Shown here in pieces: positions 27,179 to 39,800 of a stretch of 64,000 nt of DNA. The stretch is from Squalus acanthias (taxonomy: Eukaryota). A program made the position numbers and the translations under genes. The stretch lies in the NCBI GenBank assembly GCA_030390025.1, contig CM059432.1:109866001-109930000 (forward strand), written 5' to 3'. The notes under the pieces were generated by a model. The model worked only from the letters and a program-made list of their open reading frames with translations. It was not told where the DNA came from and did not search any database. How positions within the stretch are numbered: the stretch's first letter is position 1; every line of letters begins with the position of its first letter.

Positions 27179-27565
27179 ATTAAAGTATCCCCCTTACTCT
27201 ACCTTTAGGTTCGCCCAGATACCATAAACTATCCGCCAGCCAAGTGGTGGAAGCATGTGAGGCAGCTCACTTCCTGCTCCAAACAGCCACCAAGAGCGGT
27301 GCAAGAGCAGTTCAAGCTTCATTAAGTACTGCTTCTGTTGAACCTTTGAAGCTTGAGGTTTTCAAAGCAGGACCCACTGAAATTTTTTTTTCCCCCACGC
27401 GGTCAGAAGAAAAAGCAAGAGAGAAAGCGAGAACAATGTCTCAGGTGAAAACTGCAGCTGGGTAAAGGGGGAGAAAAATGCAGTTTTAAGACCTTCACAG
27501 ATTCACCACAACCGAAATTGAAAGCTAAATCCCCAAGATCAAATTACTGGACTAACCACACAAAT

Positions 27566-30472
27566 ACAGAAACATGGCTGCAGGGTGACAACGTCTGGGA
27601 ATTAAATATGCCAGGGTATTTAACAATCAGGAAGGACAGGCAGGAAGGAAGGGGAGGGGGGGTGGCTATGTTAATAAAGGAAGGAATCACTAATACAGAG
27701 AAATGATATTGGGTCAAAAGATCAGGATAATGAAACAGTTTGGGTAGAGATAAGGAATAATAAGGGGAAAAAAACACTGGTGGGCGTAGTATATAGGCCT
27801 CCTAATAGTTGCAACTCTGTTGGACGAAGTATTAGTCAGGAAATAGTTGGGGCATGTAATAAGGGAACAGCTATAATTATGGGGGATTTTAACTATCATA
27901 TTAACTGGACAAATCAAATTGGGCAGGGCAGCCTTGAGGAAGAGTTTATTGAGTGTCTTTGGGATGGATTTCTTGAGCAGTATGTAACTGATCCTACAAG
28001 GGGGCAAGCAACCTTGGACCTGGTACTGTGTAATGAGTCTGGATTAATTAATAATGTCCTAGTTAAGGATCCCCTTGGAATGAGTGACCATAACATGGTT
28101 GAATTCCATATCCAATTAGAGGGTGAGAAGGTTGGTTCTCAAACAAGCATACTGAGCTTGAATAAAGGAGACTATGATGGTATGAGAGCAGAATTGATTA
28201 AAGTGGACTGGGAAAATAGATTAAAGGGTAAGACGGTACATGAGCAGTGGTGTTCATTCAAGGAGTTATTTTACAACTTTCAAAATAAATATATTCCACT
28301 GAGGAAAAAAGGGTGTAAAAGAAATGACAGCCATCCATGGCTAAGTAAAGAAATTAAAGAAAGTATCCAACTAAAAACAAAGACATATAAGGTAGCCAAA
28401 GTTAGTGGGAGGATAGAAGATTGGGAAGTCTTCAAAAGACAACAAAAAGTAACTAAAGGATTGATTAAGAAAGGGAAAATAGACTATGAAAATAAATTAG
28501 CAAAAAATATAAAAACCAGATAGCAAGAGTTTCTATAGTTATATAAAAAGAAAAAGGGTGGTTACGGCATACGTAGGTCCCTTAGAGGATGAGACCAGGA
28601 AATTAATGGTGGGAAACATGGAGATGGCAAAAATGCTGAACAAATATTTTGTTTCAGTCTTTACGGTAGAGGACACTAAGAATATCCCAACACTGGACAA
28701 ACAGGGGGCTCTAGTGGGGGAGGAGCTGAATACAATTAAAATCACTAAGGAATTGGTACTCAGTAAAATAATGGGACTCAAGGTGGATAAATCCCCTGGA
28801 CCTGATGGCTTACATCCTAGGGTCTTGAGGGAAGTGGCAGTAGGAATTGTGGATGCTTTGGTAATAATTTTCCAAAACTCCCTGAACTCAGCAAAGGTCC
28901 CGGCAGATTGGAAAACTGCTAATGTAACACACTTATTTAAAAAGGGTTGTAGGCAGAAGGCTGGAAATTATAGACCAGTTAGCCTAACATCTGTGGTGGG
29001 TAAATTTTTGGAGTCTATTATTAAGGAGACAGTAACGGAACATTTAGATAAACATAATTTAATAGGACAAAGTCAGCATGGCTTTATGAAGGAGAAGTCA
29101 TGTCTGACAAATTTGCTCGAGTTCTTTGAGGACATAACGTACAGGGTGGATAAAGGGGAACCAGTGGATGTAGTGTATTTAGACTTCCAGAAGGCATTCG
29201 ACAAGGTGCCACATAAAAGATTACTCAAGATAAAAAAAATCACTGGATTGGGGGTAATATTCTGGCATGGGTGGAGGATTGGTTATCTAACAGGAAGCAG
29301 AGAGTTGGGATAAATGGTTCATTCTCGGACTGGCAACCAGTAGCCAGTGGTGTTCCGCAGGGGTCGGTGCTGGGTCCCCAACTCTTTACAATCTATATTA
29401 ACGATTTGGAGGAGGGGACCGAGTGTAACATATCAAAGTTTGCAGATGATACAAAGATGGGAGGGAAAGTAGAGAGTGAGGAGGGCATAAAAAACCTACA
29501 AGGGGATATAGACAGGCTGGGTGAGTGGGTAGAGATTTGGCAGATGCAATACAATACTGGAAAATGTGAGGTTATGCACTTTGGCAGGAAAAATCAGAGA
29601 GCAAGTTATTATCTTAATGGCAAGAAACTGGAAAGTACTGCAGTACAAAGGGATCTGGGGGTCTTGGTGCAAGAAAATCAAAAAGTTAGTATGCAGGTGC
29701 AGCAGGTGATCAAGAAAGCCAATGGAATGTTGGCTTTTATTGCTAGGGGGATAGAATATAAAAACAGGGAGGTATTGCTGCAGTTGTATAGGGTATTGGT
29801 GAGACCGCACCTGGAGTACTGCATACAGTTTTGGTGTCCATACTTAAGAAAAGATATACTTGCTCTCGAGGCAGTACAAAGAAGGTTCACTCGGTTAATT
29901 CCGGGGATGAGGGGGTGGACATACGAGGAGAGGTTGAGTAGATTGGGACTCCACTCATTGGAGTTCAGAAGAATGAGAGGCGATCTTATTGAAACATATA
30001 AGATTGTGAAGGGGCTTGATCGGGTGGACGCGGTGAGGATGTTCCCAATGATGGGTGAAACTAGAACTAGGGGACATAATCTTAGAATAAGGGGCTGCTC
30101 TTTCAAAACTGAGATGAGAAACTTTTTCACTCAGAGGGTAGTGGGTCTGTGGAATTTGCTACCCCAGGAAGCTGTGGAAGCTACTTCATTAAATAAATTT
30201 AAAACAGAAATAGACCGTTTCCTAGAAGTAAAGGGAATCAGGGGTTACGGGGAGCGGGCTGGAAATTGGACATGAGTTTGAGTTCGGATTGGTCAAGGCC
30301 CTGTGGGTGGCGGAGCGGGCCCAGGGGCCGAGTGGCCTGGTCCTGCTCCTGCTTCTTGTGTTCTTTAGAGTTGAGGTTGGATCAGATCAGCCATGATCTC
30401 ATTGAATGGCGGAGCAGGCTCGAGGGGCCAATTGGTCTACTCCTGCTCCTATTTCTTATGCTCTTATGCTCT
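27566..30472 (+). mobile_element. 5'-truncated CR1 LINE, moderately young
   Basis: ORFs 27780..28523, 28558..29313 and 29271..30275 cover EN to RT C-terminus. Tail (cttatgct)n at 30455-30472. Confidence 0.95.
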
Positions 30473-30599
30473 TAAATAGCTGATTGGGGGAGTACTTATA
30501 CTACTCTATAGTTTGACAGTTAAGGTTAACAGTTTATAAAGTGTAGACGGTCTTAATTTTTGTGGTTATAGTTTCTAAGGTCTCTTGTGTAGCGGGGAG

Positions 30600-33500
30600 T
30601 GCTAGTATATCATTTAATTGTAGTGTAATTAGTGGTATTGATTTGATTTAATTTAAGTTAATTAAAGGGTAAGTCATGGCAGCACAGCTCAGCCCCTTGG
30701 CATGCTCCTCCTGCACTATGTGGGAAATCAGGGACACTTCCTGTGTCCCTGACGACCATGTGTGCGGGAAATGTATCCAGCTGCAGCTACTGGCAGACCG
30801 CATTGTGGCGCTGGAGCTGCAAATGGATACATACTGGAGCATTTGCGATGCTGAGGAGGTCGTGAATAGCACGTTTAATGAGTTGGTCACACCGCAGGTA
30901 AAGGCTGCACAGGCTGGAAGGGAATGGGTGACTGCCAGGCAGAGTAGTAGGTGCAGGCAGGTAGCGCAGGGGTCCCCTGTGGCCATCCCACTCTCAAACA
31001 GATATACCGCTTTGGATATTGTTGGGGGAGATGGCTTATCGGGGGAAAGCAGCAGCAGCCAACTTCCTGTCACCATGGGCGGTTCTGCTGCACAGGACGG
31101 GAGGAAAAAAAGCGGGAGAGCTATAGTGATGGGGGATTCTATTGTAAGGGGAACAGCTAGGTGTTTCTGCAGCCGCAAATGAGACTCCAGGATGGTATGT
31201 TGCCTCCCTGGTGCAAGGGTCAAGGATGTCTCGGGGCGGCTGCAGGGCATTCTGGAGGGGGAGGGTGAACAGCCAGTTGTCGTGGTGCATATAGGTACCA
31301 ACGATATAGGTAAAAAACGGGATGAGGTCCTAAAAGCAGAATATAGGGAGTTAGGAGGTAAATTAAAAAATAGGACCTCAAAAAGGTAGTAATCTCAGGA
31401 TTGCTACCAGTGCCATATGCTAGTCAGTAGAAATAGAAGGATATTTCAGACGAATACGTAGCTAGAGGAATGATGCAAGGGGGAGGGATTCAAATTCCTG
31501 GGACATTGGAACCGGTTCTGGGGGAGGTGGGACTAGTACAAACTGGACGGTTTGCAACTGGGCAGGACCGGAACCGATGTCCGAGGGGGAGTGTTTGCTA
31601 GTGCTGTTGGGGAGGGATTAAACTAAAATGGCAGGGAGTTTGGAACCTGTGCAGGGAGACAGAGGAAAGGGAAGCAAAGATAGAAACAAAAGACAGGAAG
31701 GAGAAGAGCAAATGTGGAAGGCAGAGAAATCAAGGGTGTAAATCAAACAGGGCTACAGTAAAAAATAATTCTAAAAGGACTAAGTGTTAAAAAACAAGCC
31801 TGAAGGCTTTGTGTCTTAATGCGAGGAGCATTCGTAATAAGGTGGATGAATTAGCTGCGCAAATAGATATAAACGGATATGATATCATTGGGATTACGGA
31901 GACATGGCTCCAGGGTGACCAAGGCTGGGAATTCAACATCCAGGGGTATTCAATATTCAGGAAGGACAGGCAAAAAGGAAAAGGAGGTGGGGTTGCATTG
32001 CTGGTTAAAGAAGGGATTAACACAATAGTAAGGAAGGATATTAGCACTGATGTGGAAACCGTATGGGTAGAGCTGAGAAATACCAAGGGGCAGAAAACAT
32101 TAGTGGGAGTTGTATACAGACCCCCAAACAGTAATGCTGAGGTTGGGGATGGCATTAAACGGGAAATTAGAGACACGTGCAATAAGGGCACAGCAGTTAT
32201 CATGGGTGACTTTAATCTACATATAGATTGGGCTAACCAAATTAGTAACAATACTGTGGAAGAGGAATTCAGAGAGTGTATACGGGATGGTTTCCTGGAC
32301 CAATATGCCGAGGAACCAACTAGAGATCAGGCCATCTTAGACTGGGTATTATGTAATGAGAAAGGATTAATTAGCAATCTTGTTGTACGAGGCCCCTTGG
32401 GTCGGAGCGATCATAATATGATAGAATTCTTCATTAAGATGGAGAGTGAAGTAGTTGACTCAGACTAGGGTCCTGAATTTAAATAAAGGAAACTACGATG
32501 GTATGAGGCGCGAGTTGGCTAGGATGGATTGGGGAGCACTACTTAAAGGGTTGACGGTGGATAGGCAATGGCAAACATTTCAAGATCGCATGGATGAACT
32601 ACAGAATTTGTTCATCCCTGTATGGCATAGAAATAAAACAAAAGGTGACTCAACCGTGGCTAACAAGGGAAATTAGGGATAGCATAAGATCCAAGGAGAT
32701 GACATAAAAATTGGCCAGAAAAAGCAGCAAACCTGAGGATTGGGAGCAGTTTAGGATTCAGCAAAGGAAAACAAAGGGATTAATTAAGAGGGGGGGAAAT
32801 AGAGTATGAGAGTAAGCTTGCAGGGAACATAAAAATTGACTGTAAAAGCATCTATAGATATGTGAAGAGAAAAAGATTGGTGAAGTCAAGCATAGGTCCC
32901 TTGCAGTCAGAATCAGGGGAATTTATAATGGGGAACAAAGAAATGGCAGACCAATTAAATACATACTTTGGTTCTGTCTTCACAAAGGAGGACACAAATA
33001 ATCTCCCAGAGATGTCAGGGAACATCGGGTCTAATGAGAGGGAGGAATTGAATGAAATCAGTATTTGTAGGGAAATTGACGGGACTGAAGGCCGATAAAT
33101 CTCCAGGGCCTGATAATCTACATCCTAGGGTACTTAAGGAAGTGGCCCTAGAAATAGTAGATGCATTGCTGGTCATCTTCCAAAATTCTATAGACTCTGG
33201 AACAGTTCCCATGAATTGGAGGGTAGCTAATGTAACCCCACTATTTAAAAAAGGTGGTAAGAGGGAAAACAGGGAATTATAGACCGGTAAGCCTGACATC
33301 GGTAGTGGGGAAAATGCTAGAGTCCATTATAAAAGATGTAATGGCAGAGCACTTGGAAAACAGCGACAGGATCAGACAAAGTCAACATGGATTTACAAAA
33401 GGTAAATCATGCTTGACTAATCTACTGGAATTTTTTGAGGATGTAACTGGTAGAATAGATAAGCGAGAACCAGTGGATGTGGTGTATTTGGACTTTCAGA

Positions 33501-34653
33501 AGGCTTTCGATAAGGTCCCGCATAAGAGATTAGCGTGCAAAGTTAAAGCACATGGGATTGGGGGTAAGGTACTGACTTGGATAGAGAACTGCTTGGCAGA
33601 CAGGAAGCAAAGAGTTGGAATAAATGGGTCTTTTTCCAAGTGGCAGGCGGTGACTAGTGGGGTACCGCAGGGATCGGTGCTAGGACCCCAGCTATTCCCT
33701 CGTCTAGATCATTAATATATATTGTGAACTAGATGTAATATCTCCAAGTTTGCAGATGACACAAAGCTGGGTGGGCGTGTGTGCTGAGGAGGATGCAGAG
33801 AAACTCCAGTATGATTTGGACAATTTGGGTGATTGGGCAGATGCAGTATAATGTGGATAAATGCGAGGTTATCCACTTTGGTGGGAAAAACAGGAAGACA
33901 GATTATCTGAATGGCAATAGATTGGGAAAAGGGGAAGTGCAATGAGATCTGGGTGTCCTTGTGCACCAGTCGCTGAAGCATGCAGGTGCAGCAGGCAGTT
34001 AAGAAGGCAAATGGCATGTTGGCCTTCATAGCGAGAGGATTCGAGTACAGGAGCAAAGAGGTCTTGCTGCAGTTGTACAGGGCCTTGGTGAGACCACACC
34101 TCGAGTATTGTGCGCAGTTTTGGTCGCCTTATCTGAGGAAGGATGTTCTTGCCATGGAGGGAGTGCAGCGAAGATTCACCAGACTGATATCTGGGATGGC
34201 AGGAATGACGTATGAAGAGAGATTGGGTCGATTAGGCTTATATTCGCTAGAGTTTAGAAGAATGAGAGGGGATCTCATTGAAACTCAAAATTCTAACAGG
34301 ACTAGACAGACTAGATGCAGGAAGGATGTTCATTCCCGATGGCGGGGGAGTCCAGAACCAGAGGTCACAGTCTAAGGATAAGGGGTAAGCCATTTTGGAC
34401 TGAGATGAGGAGGAATTTCTTCACCCAGAGAGTGGTGAACCTGTGGAATTCTCTACCACAGAAGGCAGTTGAGGCCAATTAATTAAATATATTCAAGAAG
34501 GAGATAGATATATTTCTTAAGGCTAAAGGGATCAAGGGATATGGGCAGAAAGCAGGGACAGGGTACTGAATTTGGATGATCAGCCATGATCTCATTAAAT
34601 GGCAGAACAGGCTCGAGGGGCTGAATGGCCTACTCCTGCTCCTATCTTCTATG
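30600..34653 (+). mobile_element. Near full-length decayed CR1 LINE
   Basis: ORF1 from ATG 30676 (CxxC...CxxC, leucine-rich helix, GDS, GTND) to TAA 31626. EN 31809..32468, RT pieces to 34375, tail at 34575-34653. Confidence 0.92.
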
Positions 34654-34784
34654 AATAGACTGATCTTGGCATGGTGATAAAAATGAAATATTTTTTAAAA
34701 TTTAGCATGCTATTGCTTACTTTAATTATGGCACAGAATAAGTTAAGAAACAGCTTCACTCAAATTCTTACATTACACTTCAAA

Positions 34785-34856
34785 AAGTACTTCATTGGCT
34801 GTAAGGCGCTTTGGGATGTCCTGCAGTTGTGAAAGGTGCTATATAAATGCAAGTTC
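34785..34856 (+). mobile_element. Deu-domain SINE (SacSINE1-like) 3' fragment
   Basis: cacttcaaaaagtacttcattggctgtaaggcgctttggga...gctatataaatgcaag, recognised from memory of DeuSINE 3' regions. Confidence 0.65.
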
Positions 34857-35560
34857 ATATCAAATTTTGCAGATGATACCAAATTAGGAAGTACAGCTAA
34901 CAGGAAGAATGCAACATAATACAAGGAGACATCAGAAAATTTGCAGACTGGGCAGTTAAGTGGCAAATGAACTTTACATAGATAAATGCGAGGTGATGCA
35001 CTTTCAGCGGAAGAACAGAAATATCACCGATACCTTAGAAAATAAGAAACTGAATGGAGTGGAAGAGCAAAGGGATCTCGGGATACAGATGAACAAATCA
35101 TTAAAAGCAGTATCACAGGTCAGTAAAGCAATTAAAAATGCTGACAAAGCACTCATGGGGTATAGAATTCAAAAGTAATCAAGTTATACTAAACTTGTAT
35201 AGTACCCTGGTTAGGCCACATTTAAGTACTGTGCACAGTTCTGGTCTCCATACTATAAAAAGGACATAGGAGCACTGGGGAAAGTGCAAAAAGGATTTAC
35301 ACGATGGCACCTGAACTGAGAGATTACAGCGATCAGGAAAGATTGAACAGGTGGGGGCTTTTTTCTTTAGAAAAGGCTTAACAGCTGATAAAGGCCTTTA
35401 AAATTATGAATGGGTTCTGGGTAGATGTGGAGAGAATGTTTCCACTTGTGGGAGAATCCAAAACTAGGGGCCATAAGTACAAGATAGTTACTAATAAATC
35501 CAATAGGGAAATAAAGAAATTTCTTTGCTCAGAGTAGATCTCGCTACCATAGGAAGTGGT
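34857..35560 (+). mobile_element. Old CR1 RT 3' fragment
   Basis: KFADDTK, DKCEVMHF and QRDLG remnants. Confidence 0.8.
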
Positions 35561-35562
35561 TG

Positions 35563-36872
35563 ACAACAACAACAACTTGTATTTATATAGCACCTTTAAT
35601 GTAGCAAAACATCCCAAGGCGCTGCACAGGAGTATTTTAAGACAAAAAAAATGACACTGATCCACATAAGGATAAATTAGGGCAGGTGACCAAAAGCTTG
35701 GTCAAAGAGGTAGGTTTTAAGGAGCGTCTTAAAGGAGGAAAGAGAGGTAGAGAGGCAGACAGGTTTAAGCAGGGAATTCCAGAGCTTAGGGCCTAGGCAA
35801 CAGAAGGCACGGCCACCAAAGGTTGAGCGATTATAATCAGGGATGCTCAAGAGAGCAGAATTAGAGGAGCGCAGATATCTCCAGGGGGGGGGGGGGGGGG
35901 GGGCGGCTGAAGGAGATTACAGAGAGATAGGAAGGGGCGAGGCCATGGAGTGATTTGAAAACAAGAATGAGAATTTTGAAAATCGAGGTGCTGCTTAACC
36001 AGGAGCCAATGTAGGTCAGCGAGCACAGGGGTGATGGGCGAACGGGACTTGGTGCGAGTTAGGACACGGGCAGCTGAGTTTTGGATGCCCTCAAGTTTAC
36101 GTAGTGTAGAATGTGGGAGGCCAGCCAGGAGTGTGTTGGAATAGTCAAGTCTAGAGATAACAAAGGTATGGATGAGGGTTTCAGCAGCAGATGAGCTGAG
36201 GCAAGGGCAGAGATGGGTGAGGTTATGGAGGTGGAAGTAGGCGGTCTTTGTTATGCTGTGGATGTGGTCGGAAGCTCATTTCCGGGTCAAATATGACACC
36301 AAGGTTGTGAACAGTGTGGTTCAGCCTCAAACAGATGTTAGAGAGAGTCAGTGGCTAGGGAATGGAGTTTGTGGCAGGGACTGAAAACAATGGCTTCAGT
36401 CTTCCCAATATTTAAATGGGAGAAAATTTCTGCTCATCCAGAACTGGATGTTGGACAAGCAGTCTAACAATTTAGACACCATGAAGGGGTCAAAAGAAGA
36501 GATAACGAGGTAGAGCTGGGTGTCGTCATCGTTTATGTGGAAACTGAGTGTTTTCAGATGATGTTGCCCCTTGGCAACATGTAGATGAGAAATAGGAGGG
36601 GGGCCAAGGATAGATCCTTGGGGGGGGGCGCACCACACCAGAGGTAACGATGCGGGAGAGGGAAGAGAAACCGTTGCAGGTAATTCTCTGGTTACGATTA
36701 GATAGATAAGAATGGAACCAGGCGAGTGCAGTCCTACCCAGTTGGACGACAAGTCAAGAAAGACGAGGAGGGATAAGTTTACCTTTGTCACAGTCACAAA
36801 GGATGTCATTTGTGACTTTGATGAGCCGTTTTGGTACTGTGGCTAGGGCGGAAACCTGATTGCAGATATTCA
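35563..36872 (-). mobile_element. L2 LINE, 3' part (continues at 42706-43860)
   Basis: (GTT)n tail at 35563-35577; PQGSILGP and DDTQLY motifs. Confidence 0.85.
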
Positions 36873-39800
36873 TAGAATCATAGAAAGTTACAGCATGGAA
36901 GGAGGCCATTTCGGCCCATTGTGTCCGCGCCAGCCAACAAAGCTATCCAGCCTAATCCCAGCTCTTGGTCCGTAGCCCTGCAGGTTAGAGCATCCCAAGT
37001 GCATAGCCAAGTACTTTTTAAATGTGGTCAGGGTTCCTGCCTCTACCACCCTTTCAGGCAGTGAGTTCCAGACCCCCACGACCCTCTGGGTGAAGAAATT
37101 TCCCCTCAAATCCCCTCGAAACCTTCCACCAATTACTTTAAATCTGTGCCCCCTGGTTTTTGACCCCTCTGCTAAGGGAAATAGGTCCTTTCTATCCACT
37201 TTATCTAGGCCCCTCAATTTTATACACCTCAATAAGGTCTCCCCTCAGCACAGTAAGTAGTGTTTAAAGTGAAGTAAGGTCCCTCGTGTATTTAATATTC
37301 TTTAATTTAAAGGAAGTAAAGGGAGTAAGTTAAGGGTAGGACATGGCAGGGCAGCTCGGCGTGCTCCTCCTGTGCTATGTGGGAAGTCAGGGACACTTCG
37401 ATGTCCAGGGCGAACACGTGCAGGAAGTGTCTCCAGCTGCAGCTACTCGAAATCTGCGTTTCGGAGCTGGAGCTGCGGCTGGAGTCACTGTGGAGCATCC
37501 GCGAAGCTGAGATCTTCGTGGATAGCACATTTAACGAGGTGGTCACACCACAGGTAAAGAGTGCAGAGGCAGACAGGGAATGGGTGACTGCCAGACAGAG
37601 TAAAAGAACTAGGAAGGTAGTGCAGGAGTCCCCTGGGTCCATCTCCCTCTCCAACAGATTTTCCGTTTTGGATACTGCTAGGGGAGATGGTTTCTCAGGG
37701 GAATGCAGCAAGAGCCAAGTCCGTGGCACTACGAGTGGCTCAGCTGCACAGGAGGGGAGGAAAAAGAGTGGGAGAGCAATAGTGATAGGGGATTCTATCG
37801 TAAGGGGAACAGATGAGACGTTTCTGTGGCCGCAGACGTGACTCCAGGATGGTATGTTGCCTCCCTGGTGCCAGGGTCAAGGATGTCACTGAACGGCTGC
37901 AGGGCATTCTGAAGGGGGAGGGCGAACAGTCAGAGGTCGTGGTTCACATTGGTACTAACGACATGGGTAGAAAGAGGGATGAGGTCCTGCAACAAGAATT
38001 TAGGGAGCTAGGTAGCAGATTAAAAAGCAGGACCTCAAAGGTTGTAATCTCTGGATTACTCCCAGTGCCACGTGCTAGTGAGTATAGGAATAGGAGGATA
38101 GAGCAGATGAATGCGTGGCTAAAGAATTGGTGTAGGAGGGAGGGCTTTAGTTTCCTGGATCACTGGGTCTGCTTCTGGGGAAGGTGGGACCTGTACAAGT
38201 CGGACGGGTTGCACCTGAACCGGAACGGGACCAACATCCTTGCGGGGAGGTTTGCTAGTACTGTTGGGGGGGGGTTAAACTAACTTGGCAGGTGGATGGG
38301 ATACGGAGTGGAGCTATAGTAGGGGGTGATGCACAGCCAAAGAGAGAAAAAAACAAGTCAGCCTGGAAGGCAGAGCAAATATGTAACGGCACAAGGGAGT
38401 ATGGCAAGGCTGGATGGCATTTATTTTAATGCAAGGAGTCTTGCGAGTAAGGCAGATGAATTGAAGATGTTGATGAACACATGGGAGTATGATATTGTTG
38501 CTATCAGAGACATGGTTGAGGGAGGGACAGGGCTGGCAGCTCAATATTCCGGGGTACAGAATCTTCAGGCGAGACAGAGAGGGGTGTAAAAGAGGAGGGG
38601 CTGTCGCAATATTAATCAAGGAGTCAATTACTGCAGTAAGTAGGGATGATATCTTAGCAGGTTCCTCTAATGAGGCCATATGGGTAGAACTTAAAAACAA
38701 AAAGGGGGCAAGCACTTTGCTGGGAGTGTACTATAGGCCCCAAACAGTCAGGGGGAGATAGAGGAACAGATATGTAGGCAAATCTCAGAGAAGTGTAGAA
38801 ATAATAGGGTAATAATAATAGTAGGGGATTTCAACTTCCCCAATATTAACTGGGATAGTCAGTGTGTGAAAGGCTTAGCGGGTGCAGAATTCTTAAAGTG
38901 CATCCAGGAGAGCTTTTTGAGCCAGCATGTAGAAAGTCCTACAAGAGAGGGGGCAGTACTGGACCTAATTCTAGGGAATGTAGCCGGGCAAGTGTCAGTA
39001 GCAGAGCATTTTGGTGACAGTGACCATAATTCAGTGAGATTTAAAGGAGTCATGGAAAAGGACAAAGATGGACCGGAAATAAAGGTTCTAAATTGGGGGA
39101 AGGCCGATTTTAATATGATAAGGCAGGATCTGGCCAAAGTGGATTGGGATAAGCTACTTGTAGGAAAATCCACATCAGAGCAGTGGGAGTCATTCAGAAA
39201 GGAAAGAGAGTACAGCGCCAACATGTTCCTGTAAAGGTCAAGGGTGGGACCAACAAGTCCAGGGAACCCTGGATGTTAAGGGATATACAAGAATGGATTA
39301 GGAAAAAGAGGGAGGCTTTTGGCAGATACAAAGGACTAAAAACAGTGGGTGCCCTAGAGGAGTATAGAATGTGCAGGGGGGGCACTTAAAGAAATTAGGA
39401 GTGTGAAGAAGGGGCATGAAAAAACACTGGCCGGCAAAATAAAGGAAAATCCCAAGGTGTTTTATAAGTATATTGAGGGCAAGAGGATAACCAGGGAAAG
39501 AGTAGGGCCCATTAGGAACCAAAGTGGCAATCTGTGTGTAGAGCCAGAAGATGTGGGTGAGGTTTTAAATGAATATTTTGCATCTGTGTTCACTATGGAG
39601 AAGGACGATGTAGGCATAGAAATCAGGCAGGGGGATTGTGATATACTTGAAAAAATTAGTATTGAGGGAGGAGGTACTAGCGGTTTTAGCGGGTTTAAAA
39701 GTGGATAAATCCCCAGGCCCAGACGAGATGTATCCTAGACTGCTGTGTGAGGCAAGGGAGGAGATTGCAGGGGCCCCGACACAAATTTTCAGAACCTCTC

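Noticed and set aside
35885..35903. Poly-G tracts (also ~12540, ~43652, ~53156, ~62770) as functional G-quadruplexes
   Set aside because: Mostly homopolymer expansions within repeats; lengths are unreliable and there is no evidence of function.
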